Assembly (NCBI GenBank): GCA_963716175.1
Contig: OY970296.1
Coordinates: 4,224,001-4,288,000 of the forward strand
Direction: 5' to 3'
Length of the DNA stretch: 64,000 nt
DNA from: an uncultured Armatimonadetes bacterium
Lineage (GTDB): Bacteria > Armatimonadota > Hebobacteria > Hebobacterales > Hebobacteraceae
Shown: positions 48,660-58,213 of the stretch, piece by piece
Layout of the letters: each line of letters opens with the position of its first letter
How positions within the stretch are numbered: the stretch's first letter is position 1
The notes under the pieces: model-generated
Databases searched by the model: none
Seen by the model: only the letters and a program-made list of their open reading frames with translations
Told to the model about the DNA's origin: nothing
Position numbers and translations under genes: made by a program

Positions 48660-49496
48660 ATGGTCGGTGACTTGAGGATGGTGTGGGAGACGCTGCGGGA
48701 GAACTTCACCGCACTCTCCGTGCTCGATATCATCCTGGTGACAGTGGCGATCTACTATGTGCTGCGGCTGCTCCGGGGCACCCGCGCCATCCAGCTGATC
48801 AAGGGTCTGCTCATCCTCGGCGTCCTGATCGTGTTCACGGGTGGGCTGAATCTCTCCACTTTCAACTGGCTGCTGAAGCAGGCCTTGCTGCCCGGGGTGA
48901 TCGCGCTCATCATCCTGTTCCAGCCGGAACTGCGGCTGGCCCTGGAGCAGATCGGCAGAGGCCATATCCTGGGGGCCGGCCTGACCTCGCTGCGGCGAGA
49001 GCAGATCACCCGACTGGTGGACGAGCTGGTGCACAGCGGGCGCCAGCTCTCGCGGGAGCGCATAGGCGGGCTCATCGTGCTGGAGCGAGAGGTGGGGCTG
49101 AACGACGTGATCGAAACCGGCCGGCGGCTGGAGGCGCTGGCCTCGGCCGACCTGCTGCGCACCATCTTCTACCCCGGCACTCCTCTGCACGATCTGGCCA
49201 CGGTGATCCGGGGGGACCGGGTAGTGGCGGCAGGGTGCTTGCTGCCGCTGACCGAGCGGCGCGATGTCCGCGGTCTGCTGGGCACGCGCCACCGCGCGGC
49301 GTTGGGGCTGAGCGAGACCACGGACGCGGTGGTGATCGTGGTGTCAGAGGAAACCGGAGGCATCTCGCTGGCGGTGGACGGTAGGCTTTACAGCAATCTC
49401 ACGCCCGACGCGCTGAGGCAGCAGCTACTGGGCATCCTGTCACCCGCGCCGCGTACGCCGCGGCTGCGGTTGGGAAGGCGCGGGCATGCTGCATAG
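48660..49496 (+). CDS. cdaA: Diadenylate cyclase CdaA
   Basis: Three TM helices; FQPELR, TPLHDLA, GTRHRAA and VSEETG. Confidence 0.93.
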   Translation: MVGDLRMVWETLRENFTALSVLDIILVTVAIYYVLRLLRGTRAIQLIKGLLILGVLIVFTGGLNLSTFNWLLKQALLPGVIALIILFQPELRLALEQIGRGHILGAGLTSLRREQITRLVDELVHSGRQLSRERIGGLIVLEREVGLNDVIETGRRLEALASADLLRTIFYPGTPLHDLATVIRGDRVVAAGCLLPLTERRDVRGLLGTRHRAALGLSETTDAVVIVVSEETGGISLAVDGRLYSNLTPDALRQQLLGILSPAPRTPRLRLGRRGHAA

Positions 49497-49935
49497 GAAC
49501 CTGGCCCTCAAGATAGCGGCCGTGCTGCTCGCCGTCTTCCTCTGGTTCTGGGTGACCATGAATGAGCGCGGGGCGCGCCAGATCGGCCAGTTTGAGCCAA
49601 GGGCGCCGGCCTCACCGAGGGTGGCCGCCCGCACGGTCGCGGTCGTGCTCCAGACGGAGGGAGCGCTGCCCCCGGGTGTGAAGCTGATTGGAGCCCAGGT
49701 GGAGCCACCGATGGTGACGGTCATCGGGTCGGTTCTCAGCGTGAGCCGGGTGGAGGAGATTCGGACTGCCAGGCTGGACCTGCGGGGGGCCTCGGGCAGC
49801 TTCACCAGGGCGGTGCCGCTGGTGGTACCCAGGGGGATCCAGGTGCCCAACACCACCGCAGTGAAGGTGACCGTGACGCTGGAGAGAGCGGAAGCCGGCC
49901 CTCTATCCTCGGCCCCTCCATCGGCAGGAGGGTGA
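49486..49935 (+). CDS. cdaR: CdaR/YbbR-domain protein (short)
   Basis: N..LKI.AV.LAV.LW.. TM helix and VEP..VTV.G; overlaps the end of cdaA. Confidence 0.8.
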   Translation: MLHRNLALKIAAVLLAVFLWFWVTMNERGARQIGQFEPRAPASPRVAARTVAVVLQTEGALPPGVKLIGAQVEPPMVTVIGSVLSVSRVEEIRTARLDLRGASGSFTRAVPLVVPRGIQVPNTTAVKVTVTLERAEAGPLSSAPPSAGG

Positions 49936-49939
49936 GGGT

Positions 49940-51886
49940 TTAGCTCACCTTGGCGCCGGTGGGCAGGGGCCGCTCCGGCGTCACCAGCGTGATGCTCCGG
50001 TCATCACCTTTGACCCAGCCGGCGAGCAGCATGCCCTCGGAGCGAACCCCCCGGATGGTGGCCGGTTCCAGGTTGGCCACGACTACCACCTTCTTGCCGA
50101 CCAGCTCTTGAGGCTGATAGGAGAGGGCGATGCCGGCCACCATGGTGCGGACCTCACCGCCGATGTCTACCGACAGCTTGAGCAGCTTGTCGGCCCCGGC
50201 CACTTTCTCGGCCGCCACCACCTCACCGACTCGCAGGTCGAGCTGCTGGAACTCCCTGATGGAGATGATCTCGGTTGGCATCGGCTTCTCCTGTACCTCT
50301 GCGGTAGCTGACCTGCGGCCCGCCCTGCGGGATTCAGGGCGAGGGAAGATCGGCGCGGCCTCGCCGATGAGCTGGCCGGCGGGCAGCAGGCCCCATTGGC
50401 TGGCTTGCTCCCAGCGGCGCTGCCACCCGGCCAGGCCCAACTGCCTTTCGATCTCGTCGGCGGTGTTGGGCATGACAGGGGAGATGAGGACGGCCGCGAT
50501 GCGGATCGCTTCCGCGGCGCGGTAGAGGACGCGGTCGAGCGCGGCCTGCTCGCCCTGCTTCGCCAGGCTCCAGGGGGCCTGATGGTCCACGAAGCGGTTG
50601 GCCTCCGCCAGGAAGCTCCAGATGGCGCGCAGACCGGCGCTGAAGTCGAGCGTCTCCAGCGCCGTCTCCCACCCCTGCACCGCGGCCCGGGCGGCGGCCT
50701 GCAGCGCGGCCTCGGGAGGAGAGACCGCCGGGAGCCGCCCCTCGCGGTACCGCGCGATCATGGGCAGGACGCGGTTGAGCAGATTGCCGAGGTCGTTGGC
50801 CAGATCGTCGGCGTACCGGCGCAGCAGCCCCTCCACCACGAAATCGCCGTCTTGCCCGAAGGTCATCTCCCGCAGCTCGTAGTAGCGCAGCGCGTCCACC
50901 GCGCGCTCCTGGGTGCAGCCGGTTTCGGCCATCACCCTCTCCAGCACCGACTCGGGCCGCGGTGGTCGGACGCTGCGCGACTTGCTGATCTTCTCCCCGG
51001 CCGAGGTCCAGTAGCCGTGGGCCGCCATCTGCCTGGGCAGCGGCAGCCCTGCGGACATCAACATCGCCGGCCAGAGGGTGGCGTGGAAGCGGGTGAAGAT
51101 GTCTTTTGCCATCATGTGCAGGTCGGCGGGCCAGAACTTCGTGAAGCTCTCGGTGTCGTCCGGGTACCCGGCGCAGGTGAGGTAGTTCACCAGCGCGTCG
51201 GCCCACACATAGATCACCAACCCCTCGGAATGCGGGATGGAGGCGGGAAGCGGGATCCCCCAGGCCGCGCGCCGCGTGATACAGACATCTCGGAGCCCGC
51301 CCCGGATGAAGCTCACCACCTCGTTCTTGCGGAACTCCGGGATCAGCCAGTTCGGGTTGGTTTCGATGTGCTGGAGGAGGCGGTCGCTGTAGGCGGAGAA
51401 GCGGAAGAAGTAGGCGGGTTCGCTCACCCACTCCACCGGGCGGCCACACTCGGGGTTGGGGCAGCGGCCGTCTATGAGGTCGGTCTCCGCGAAGAAGGTC
51501 TCGTCGGGCACGCAGTACCACCCTTCGTAGCTGCCCGGGTAGAGATCGCCCTTCTGGTGGATGGTCTCGAAGAAGCGCTGGACGGCGTGGAACTGGCGTG
51601 GCTCGGTGGTACGGATGAAGTCGTCGTAGGCGACGTTGAGTCTACGCCAGTCCTCCACGAACTGGGCCGCTATCCGGTCGGCATATGCCTTCGGGTCCAC
51701 GCCGGCCTGCTCCGCCAGGCGCAGCACCCGCACTGCGTGCTCATCGGTGCCGGTGGTGAACAGCACCTCATCGCCCCGCAGGCGGTGATAGCGCGCCAGC
51801 GTGTCGCAGGCGATGGTGGTGTAGGCCGTCCCAACCGTGGGGACGTCATTGACATAGTAGATCGGCGTGGTGACGTAGAACTTCAC
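49940..51886 (-). CDS. metG: Methionyl-tRNA synthetase with C-terminal tRNA-binding domain
   Basis: FYVTTPIYYVN, GTDEH, FIRTT, YVWADAL, KISKS, LANDLGNL and C-terminal LDLRVG..DKLL..SEGM. Confidence 0.96.
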   Translation of the reverse strand: MKFYVTTPIYYVNDVPTVGTAYTTIACDTLARYHRLRGDEVLFTTGTDEHAVRVLRLAEQAGVDPKAYADRIAAQFVEDWRRLNVAYDDFIRTTEPRQFHAVQRFFETIHQKGDLYPGSYEGWYCVPDETFFAETDLIDGRCPNPECGRPVEWVSEPAYFFRFSAYSDRLLQHIETNPNWLIPEFRKNEVVSFIRGGLRDVCITRRAAWGIPLPASIPHSEGLVIYVWADALVNYLTCAGYPDDTESFTKFWPADLHMMAKDIFTRFHATLWPAMLMSAGLPLPRQMAAHGYWTSAGEKISKSRSVRPPRPESVLERVMAETGCTQERAVDALRYYELREMTFGQDGDFVVEGLLRRYADDLANDLGNLLNRVLPMIARYREGRLPAVSPPEAALQAAARAAVQGWETALETLDFSAGLRAIWSFLAEANRFVDHQAPWSLAKQGEQAALDRVLYRAAEAIRIAAVLISPVMPNTADEIERQLGLAGWQRRWEQASQWGLLPAGQLIGEAAPIFPRPESRRAGRRSATAEVQEKPMPTEIISIREFQQLDLRVGEVVAAEKVAGADKLLKLSVDIGGEVRTMVAGIALSYQPQELVGKKVVVVANLEPATIRGVRSEGMLLAGWVKGDDRSITLVTPERPLPTGAKVS

Positions 51887-51926
51887 CCAGGAGACTCCAG
51901 TTCAGTTGCCCGCGCGCCGGGCGGTC

Positions 51927-52154
51927 TCAGTGGCAGTGGGCGCAGCTACTCGCGGTGCAGGAGCTGCAACTGGAGCCCGAAAGGGCCTTGCTGGAGGACC
52001 CCCCGGCCACCCGCGCCGAGAACACAGACATGATGCGGCGCATCTTATGCCCGCCACAAGATGGACAGACGAGGCCTTTGCCGTTGACACCCACCCGGCA
52101 GAGGCACTGCATCACCTGATGGCACTTCTCACACCGAAACTCATAAAGGGGCAC
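51927..52154 (-). CDS. FmdB-family zinc-ribbon protein
   Basis: MPLYEFRC..C, CPSCG and a Cys-rich tail. Confidence 0.88.
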   Translation of the reverse strand: MPLYEFRCEKCHQVMQCLCRVGVNGKGLVCPSCGGHKMRRIMSVFSARVAGGSSSKALSGSSCSSCTASSCAHCH

Positions 52155-52194
52155 GTATCCGCCCTCCAGATCGTCAAAAAGGCATCACAAGGCT

Positions 52195-52224
52195 AATATA
52201 CCACCGGGCCTTTGCGGGTGTCAA
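52195..52224 (-). promoter_or_regulatory. Promoter of fmdB-metG
   Basis: TTGACA-18 bp-TATATT with an extended -10 TG on the minus strand. Confidence 0.65.
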
Positions 52225-52251
52225 CGGTTTGTGCGAACGGCCAACACCAAT

Positions 52252-52278
52252 CCACAGATTACGCAGATGGCGCAGATT
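52252..52278. repeat. 9-nt periodic CAGAT repeat
   Basis: CCACAGATT-ACGCAGATG-GCGCAGATT. Confidence 0.55.
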
Positions 52279-52283
52279 GCCAT

Positions 52284-53483
52284 TCAGTCCAGCAGGTCGG
52301 CAGCGCGGATGCGGAAGGACATGGGAGGGCACTCGCCGACAGTCTGAACCCCGGGGCGGTCTAGCACTGGCCTGGCTGACGACGAATCGAGGGCGCAGTC
52401 GCCCAGGATGAACACGGGACCAGAGGCTGGGTCCGGAACGGACGGCTCCTTGCCCACCACCAGGGCCAGGGGGTGGCTGGCGTCGAGCAGCCCTTCTTTC
52501 TTGAGGCGATCCAGGCCGCGCCTGATGTAGTAGGAGCAGGAGCGGCAGTAGTCTCCCCCGTAGACCTTGAGCCCCGGGAACTTCGCCTCGGACAGCTCAA
52601 TGTCCGGTTTGGCGAAGGGCCGCCGGACGGCGGCGATGCTCTCACCGACAACCTGGATCTTCGCGAGGTCGGCTTCCCCGAGGCCGCGCTGGCCGGCGAT
52701 GCGGGTAGTGTCAACTTCGCCCGGCGCGAAGCCCATCACCGCCTCAGCCACGGCATCCAACGCCACCGCGTCGCGGCTGGCCAGGATCAGCCCCATGTCC
52801 ACGGGCCGGCCTTCATCCGCGTGATCGGCCTCCTGCCCCACCAGCGCATCAAGAAGGTTCAGGTCCGGCCGGCGCACCAGCAGCAGATCGGTGAGCTTGC
52901 GAGCCAGGGCCACCTCCCGATAGCAGTGCTGATAGAGCTTATCGTCGTCAGAGACGATGCCGTGGAGGTTCTTGATCGCCAGGGTGGTGAGGGTGAGGCT
53001 GTGAATCTTCATCACCGGCAGGTTGATGAGGACATCGGCCTCCAGGATGGTGCGGGGAACGTGCGCCGTGTGGAGGATGTCTGCGCCCGGCACCTCGACT
53101 TCCCGGAACTCATCCTCCTCCAGGTAGACAATCTCGAAGCCAGCTTCCTCCACGGCCTGGCTCATGCCGACCACGTGGAAGCAGTCGCGAGTGGTGTTGT
53201 TGCCATGGCGATAGCGGGCGGTGGAGACGCTGCGGCCCTCGGCCACGATCACCCGCTGCGCGCCGGCCTCCCTCGCCAACTCCCCCGCTGCCACCACCAC
53301 CCGCGGATCAGTGGTGGTCGGCGCGGGCCGGGGGCAGAAAACATTGGGCTTGAGGACTACGGTCTGGCCCGCGACCAGCTCAGCGAGGTCGCAGACGGCC
53401 GCAATGGCCTGGGCGACCGCGGCGCGGATGGCGGCGGGGTCGGTGAGGGAGCGAGAGCGGACTATCGAGACCTGTGGCATCAA
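52284..53483 (-). CDS. DUF362-domain protein (probable Fe-S)
   Basis: LKPN, TTDP, INLP.MK.H, AIKNLHG, D.VALD and C-terminal CRSC..GDC..ECPP. Confidence 0.88.
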   Translation of the reverse strand: MMPQVSIVRSRSLTDPAAIRAAVAQAIAAVCDLAELVAGQTVVLKPNVFCPRPAPTTTDPRVVVAAGELAREAGAQRVIVAEGRSVSTARYRHGNNTTRDCFHVVGMSQAVEEAGFEIVYLEEDEFREVEVPGADILHTAHVPRTILEADVLINLPVMKIHSLTLTTLAIKNLHGIVSDDDKLYQHCYREVALARKLTDLLLVRRPDLNLLDALVGQEADHADEGRPVDMGLILASRDAVALDAVAEAVMGFAPGEVDTTRIAGQRGLGEADLAKIQVVGESIAAVRRPFAKPDIELSEAKFPGLKVYGGDYCRSCSYYIRRGLDRLKKEGLLDASHPLALVVGKEPSVPDPASGPVFILGDCALDSSSARPVLDRPGVQTVGECPPMSFRIRAADLLD

Positions 53484-53504
53484 GACTCCTTGTCAACGGC
53501 AACT

Positions 53505-53670
53505 GCCGGGAGCCCGCAGACTCGTGCTACGTAGCGAAGCTACTTCGCAGAGTAGCAGGGGCTCCCCTACGAACGCCTCCGGCGGGCATGCGGTCCTGCT
53601 TCGCCAAGGCTTCGCAGGACAAGCGAAATGCCCGCCCTACCCCCCTTCGCCGAGGCTACGGGGGGCAAGC
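53505..53670. repeat. Nested palindrome cluster including repeat copy 3 (53521-53555)
   Basis: GGGAGCCC[35-mer]GGGCTCCC-CTAC; GGCGGGCAT[GTCCTGCTTCGCCAAGGCTTCGCAGGAC]ATGCCCGCC-CTAC; CCCCTTCGCCGAGGCTACGGGGG inside the icd 3' end. Confidence 0.85.
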
Positions 53671-54734
53671 ATCTTCGCCGTGATCGCCTCCGCCATCTCC
53701 TTCGTGCCCACTGCGGTCGGGTCGTCACGGTTCGGCTTGAGGTCATAGGTGACGGACTTGCCCTCGGCGATCACCGCGGCGACGGCGTGCTCAACGCGGT
53801 CGGCGGCCTGCGCTTCGCCGAGGTGGCGGAGCATGAGCACGCCGGAGAGGATGAGGGCGGTGGGGTTGACCTTGTTCTGACCGGCATACTTGGGGGCGGA
53901 GCCGTGGATGGCCTCGAAGAGCGCGATCTCATCGCCCATGTTCGCCCCGGGGGCCACGCCCAGGCCGCCCACCAATCCGGCGCAGAGATCGGAGAGGATG
54001 TCACCGTAGAGGTTGGGCATGACCAGCACGTCGTAGAGTTCTGGCTTCTGCACCAACTGCATGCACATGGCGTCCACCAGCCACTCGTCGTACTCGACCT
54101 TTCCTTCGTACTGCTTGGCCACCTCGCGGGCGGTGCGGAAGAAGAGGCCGTCGGTGGCCTTCATGATGTTGTCCTTGGCCACCGCGGTCACCTTGCGCCG
54201 GTGGTTGGCCAGGGCATAGTGAAAGGCGAAGTCCACGATGCGGGCAGAGGCGAAGGCGGAGATGGGCTTGATGGAGATGGCGGCATCCGGCCGGATGCGG
54301 CCGCCGGAAAGGGAGATGATCTGCCTCGCCTCAGCGCTGCCCTCCGCGAACTCCACCCCGGCGTACAAGTCTTCGGTATTCTCGCGCACCATCACCAAAT
54401 CAACGCCCTGGAAGCGGGTGCGCACACCTGGATAGTGCTTGCAGGGGCGGAGGCAGGCGTAGAGATCAAGCTCCTTGCGCAGGGCGACATTGACCGAGCG
54501 CATCCCGCCGCCGCGGGGAGTGGTGAGCGGACCCTTGAGCGCCACCTGGTTGCGGCGAATGGAATCCAGCACTCGCTCCGGCAGCGGAGTACCTTCCTTC
54601 TCCATCACTGCCAGGCCAGCTTCCTGCACCTCCCACTCGATCTGCGCTCCGCTGGCGTCGAGCACGCGGCGGGCGGCTTCGCTCAGCTCGGTTCCGACCC
54701 CATCGCCGGGGATGAGGGTGACGCGATGAGCCAT
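53637..54734 (-). CDS. icd: Isocitrate/isopropylmalate dehydrogenase family (NAD-IDH-like)
   Basis: [54 protein letters not shown] and NPTA. Confidence 0.88.
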   Translation of the reverse strand: MAHRVTLIPGDGVGTELSEAARRVLDASGAQIEWEVQEAGLAVMEKEGTPLPERVLDSIRRNQVALKGPLTTPRGGGMRSVNVALRKELDLYACLRPCKHYPGVRTRFQGVDLVMVRENTEDLYAGVEFAEGSAEARQIISLSGGRIRPDAAISIKPISAFASARIVDFAFHYALANHRRKVTAVAKDNIMKATDGLFFRTAREVAKQYEGKVEYDEWLVDAMCMQLVQKPELYDVLVMPNLYGDILSDLCAGLVGGLGVAPGANMGDEIALFEAIHGSAPKYAGQNKVNPTALILSGVLMLRHLGEAQAADRVEHAVAAVIAEGKSVTYDLKPNRDDPTAVGTKEMAEAITAKMLAPRSLGEGG

Positions 54735-54823
54735 AGTCGGATTCCCTCCAGGGGATGTCGCTCTGATTATAGCAGAAACGCACGGGCATTCGAGTAGCTG
54801 AACGGAATCGCCGGAAGGGCCGA

Positions 54824-54950
54824 GGCGGGCATGGGTCCCTAGGCCTGAAGGCCGGGATGTCCCTAGGCCCGACAGGGCCGGGATGGCGGCCGGCTCTGCC
54901 GGCCTAGCCAGCGGTCGCCCAATGGCAACCTAGCCACATGCCCGCCCTAC
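54824..54950. repeat. REP-like arms enclosing two tandem hairpins
   Basis: GGCGGGCATG ... CATGCCCGCC-CTAC around GTCCCTAGGCC-TGAA-GGCCGGGAT and GTCCCTAGGCC-CGACAG-GGCCGGGAT. Confidence 0.7.
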
Positions 54951-55022
54951 ACCGGCCGAGGAGCAGGATTTCGAGGGGCCACCGACCAATAACCTGGCAT
55001 CTATGCACACGGAGGATGCTCC

Positions 55023-56282
55023 ATGTTCGGACGTAGTCGAAGCTGGCTGCCCGTTATCTCGCTCGCACTGATACTGGTGGCGGCGGGCCTGGCCGGGGCG
55101 CGGCCCGCCGCGGACAGCGCCATCCTGTTCATCGGCGACGGCATGGGGCCGATGCAGGTCGAGCTGGGGGCCGCGGCGCGAGGCGAGCCGCTGGCGATAC
55201 AGCATATGCCCTACTCGGGCCTGGTCACCACGGTGGCGGTGAATGGCGAGGTGACCGACTCCGCGGCCGCCTCCACCGCGCTGTCAACAGGGCACAAGAC
55301 CGAGGATGGCATGCTGGGGATGGACCAGGACGAACGGAGACTCGGGACTATCCTGGAGCGGGCCCTGAAAGCGGGCAAGAGCGCGGGCATCATCACCAAT
55401 GACGCGCTCTGGGGGGCGACTCCGGCGGGATTTGCGGTGCATGTGCGAGACCGCGGGATGAGGGACCAGATTGCGCTGCAGATGGCGGAATCGGGCGCGC
55501 AGGTGATGATGGGGTTCGATAAGGAGGGATTCCTGCCCAAGTCGGCCGGCGGGGCACGGGAGGATGGACGAGACCTGCTGGCCGAACTGCAGAAGAAAGG
55601 CTATCAGATCGTTTACACGCCCGAAGAGTTGGCGCAGGCAAAAGGGGCGCGCCTGGTGGGGTTGTTCGATGATGCCCACCCGGCGACGCTGGATGAGATG
55701 GTGAAAGCCGCGCTGCCGCGGCTGTCCAGTAACGCCAGGGGATTCTTCCTGATGGTAGAGCAGGCGAGGGTGGACTGGAAGGAGGGGGACCCCTCGGGAG
55801 TGGCCCTGGATGTGATGGAGCTGGACAGAGCGGTGCAGGTCGCCCTCGATGATGCTCAGACCTGGGGCCGGACGCTGGTGGTGGTGACGGCCGACCACGA
55901 GACCGGAGACCTGCGGCTAGAGCGGCCCGGAGGGCTGAGCGTGCTGCGCCGGGCCAAGGGCTCGGCCGGGCAGATTGCCGAGCATCTGAACCAGGACCGC
56001 AGCAACATCGCGAAGGTGATGGCCGAAGAGGCGGGTCTCTCGGACCTGACGCCAGCGGAAGTGGATCAGATCAAGCAGGCCAAGGATCCGGAGGCGGCGA
56101 TCGGCGCGCTCCTGAGCCAGAGAGCTGGCATCAAATGGACGCTAGGACACACCGCCACCCCGGTGAAAGTGTTCGCGTTTGGGCCGGGGGCGGAGCGGTT
56201 CACCGGCGAGATGGACAACACCGACATCCCCAAGCGAATAGTGGAGACGCTGGGCCTGGGCCGGTTCTGGGAGACGCGATAG
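55023..56282 (+). CDS. Alkaline phosphatase (PhoA family), secreted
   Basis: Signal peptide; FIGDGMG, TDSAAA, ATPA, GFFLMVE, VTADHETG, GHT and DNTD. Confidence 0.9.
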   Translation: MFGRSRSWLPVISLALILVAAGLAGARPAADSAILFIGDGMGPMQVELGAAARGEPLAIQHMPYSGLVTTVAVNGEVTDSAAASTALSTGHKTEDGMLGMDQDERRLGTILERALKAGKSAGIITNDALWGATPAGFAVHVRDRGMRDQIALQMAESGAQVMMGFDKEGFLPKSAGGAREDGRDLLAELQKKGYQIVYTPEELAQAKGARLVGLFDDAHPATLDEMVKAALPRLSSNARGFFLMVEQARVDWKEGDPSGVALDVMELDRAVQVALDDAQTWGRTLVVVTADHETGDLRLERPGGLSVLRRAKGSAGQIAEHLNQDRSNIAKVMAEEAGLSDLTPAEVDQIKQAKDPEAAIGALLSQRAGIKWTLGHTATPVKVFAFGPGAERFTGEMDNTDIPKRIVETLGLGRFWETR

Positions 56283-57242
56283 TGAGAGTGCTAGTGGTGG
56301 GGGGCACGGCTTTCCTGGGCTCGTTCGTGGTGGACGAGCTGCTGCGGCGCAGGCACCAGGTGGCCGTGCTGGGCGCGGAGGCGGGGGAGTTCCGCGGCCC
56401 GGTAAGCCGGCTCGACGGGCTGCCTTCAGACGGGCGGGCGCTGCGCGAGGCCGTGGGTTCGTGGCAGCCGGAGGGTGTGATTGATCTCGTGCACGACGGC
56501 CCGGCTCAGGCTGCATCCGTGGCCGGGGCCTGCGCGGGGAGGGTGGCGCGGTCGGTCCACATCAGCAGTGGGGCGGTCTACGGGCGCAGCCCAGTCTGCC
56601 CGGTGGGTGAAGAGACAGAGGTGAGAGCTCAGGCCTCGGAAGAGGAGGCACAGATCGCGGCCGACATGCTGGTGCTGGGGGCGGCGGGACGGGGAGAGCT
56701 GCCGGCGGTCGTGATCAGGCTGGCCCACCTGTACGGCCCTCGCGACCCCCGGTGCGGTGAGTGGTTCTTCGCGCGGCGGGCACTGGAGAATCGCGCCCGC
56801 ATCGCGGTACCGGACGGAGGGCTGCATATCTGCCATCGGGGGTTCGTGCAGAATATGGCCTGGGGAATCGCGCAGGCGCTCTCTGCCCCGCGGCGCAGTC
56901 GGCCAGGTCTACAACCTGGGCGAAGAGAAGCTCTACACCCTGGCCCAGTTGGCTCTGGGCGTGGCGCGGGCGCTGGACTATAAGTGGGAGATCTACTCGG
57001 TACCGGGGAACCTCTGGTCTACGCCCTACGCGCACACCTCCTTCTTCGACCTGCGCAAGGCGAGGTCCCAGCTTCGCTATCAGGATCGCATGATCCCCCG
57101 GGATGGACTGGAGCTGACGCTGGCCTGGCTCTGTCAGAACCCGCGGGGAGAGGACTGGAGGTGGCCGGGGATCGAGCAGCCATTTGACTACCAGCGAGAA
57201 GATGAGCTGATCGATCGCTGTGGAGTGAGGCTGGAGGCCTGA
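56282..57242 (+). CDS. NAD-dependent epimerase/dehydratase, with a frameshift near 56890
   Basis: VLVVGGTAFLG, ISSGAVYG and R...LYGP; continues as AVGQVYNLGE in the next frame. Confidence 0.85.
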
Positions 57243-58114
57243 GGAGGGCCTTGCCTCGCCTCCGCCAGAATCGCCAGCAGGTTGCGCATGCAGAGGTCGC
57301 TGGCATATTCGCCCGACTCGGAGAAGCCAGCGCCGCCGGGCCGGTTTAGCACCTCCTCTGCGAGCGCCTCGGGCCGCCAGTGGGTTTCCAGGGAGGCGTA
57401 GCCCTCGTACTCCTTCGTCAGCAGCTCGCCGAGCTGGCCCTTCCAGTCCACAGAACCATCCCCGACCGGGCAGATCGTGGCCTCGGTAGTGGCGGGGTCC
57501 CGGTACGCGTCCTTGACATGGAGATGGACCATCCAGGGCTCGACCAAGCGGTAGGCGTCCGGATAGGGGGTGATCCCGTCGCCGGCGTAGATCTCATTGC
57601 AGGGATCCCAGATCGCTTTCAAGGCGGAGGAGCCGATTTCCGTGATGAACTGTCTGGTCTCGGCGGCAGTAGCGCAGTAGGTGGAGGCCTCGTTTTCGAG
57701 CCCCAGGATCATCCCCTCCCCCTCGGCGATGGGCACGGCCGGCCGGAACTGCTGCTTGATGCGATCCCATACCGGTGCCGATGGCCCGCGCTTCCAGAAG
57801 GTGAAGAGCCGGATGATCCTGGTATCGAGCAGCTTGGCGGCGCGAATACACCTTCGCAGATAGTCCAGGTGCTCCCGCTGGGCGGCACTGTCGTCGAGTT
57901 CGCACTTGAAGACCGGGGAGGCAATGCAGGCCACACTCAGATTGTGGCCGGCCAGCATCGCCCGGACCCGCCCGAGCTCGTCGTCTGACAGGTCGTGGAC
58001 CTGCTTCTCCCAGACCGTGCGCAGCTCTACGCCGTCCAGGTTGAAGGGGAGCGCGAACCTGATCGCGGTTTCCAGATCCTGGGAGACCTCGTCCGTGAAC
58101 ACCGCAAGCTTCAT
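57188..58114 (-). CDS. Sugar-phosphate isomerase/epimerase (xylose-isomerase-like TIM barrel)
   Basis: MKLAVFTDE, VELR, LENE, WDPCN, HVKD, G.G.VDW and SLETH. Confidence 0.9.
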   Translation of the reverse strand: MKLAVFTDEVSQDLETAIRFALPFNLDGVELRTVWEKQVHDLSDDELGRVRAMLAGHNLSVACIASPVFKCELDDSAAQREHLDYLRRCIRAAKLLDTRIIRLFTFWKRGPSAPVWDRIKQQFRPAVPIAEGEGMILGLENEASTYCATAAETRQFITEIGSSALKAIWDPCNEIYAGDGITPYPDAYRLVEPWMVHLHVKDAYRDPATTEATICPVGDGSVDWKGQLGELLTKEYEGYASLETHWRPEALAEEVLNRPGGAGFSESGEYASDLCMRNLLAILAEARQGPPQASSLTPQRSISSSSRW

Positions 58115-58213
58115 CGCCTTGCCTCCTGCCGCTATCGCCTGGTGTTTCGCCCAGCGAGAGGCAGTACCTGCCGGCCGGCTCATCCTGCGGCGAGCGCTGC
58201 GCGCAGCCCGGCG

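Noticed and set aside
50396-52033. 545-aa plus-strand ORF
   Set aside because: Shadow of metG.
53505-54950. CRISPR array or composite transposon around icd
   Set aside because: The repeats are dispersed hairpins without regular spacers, and there is no cas or transposase gene.
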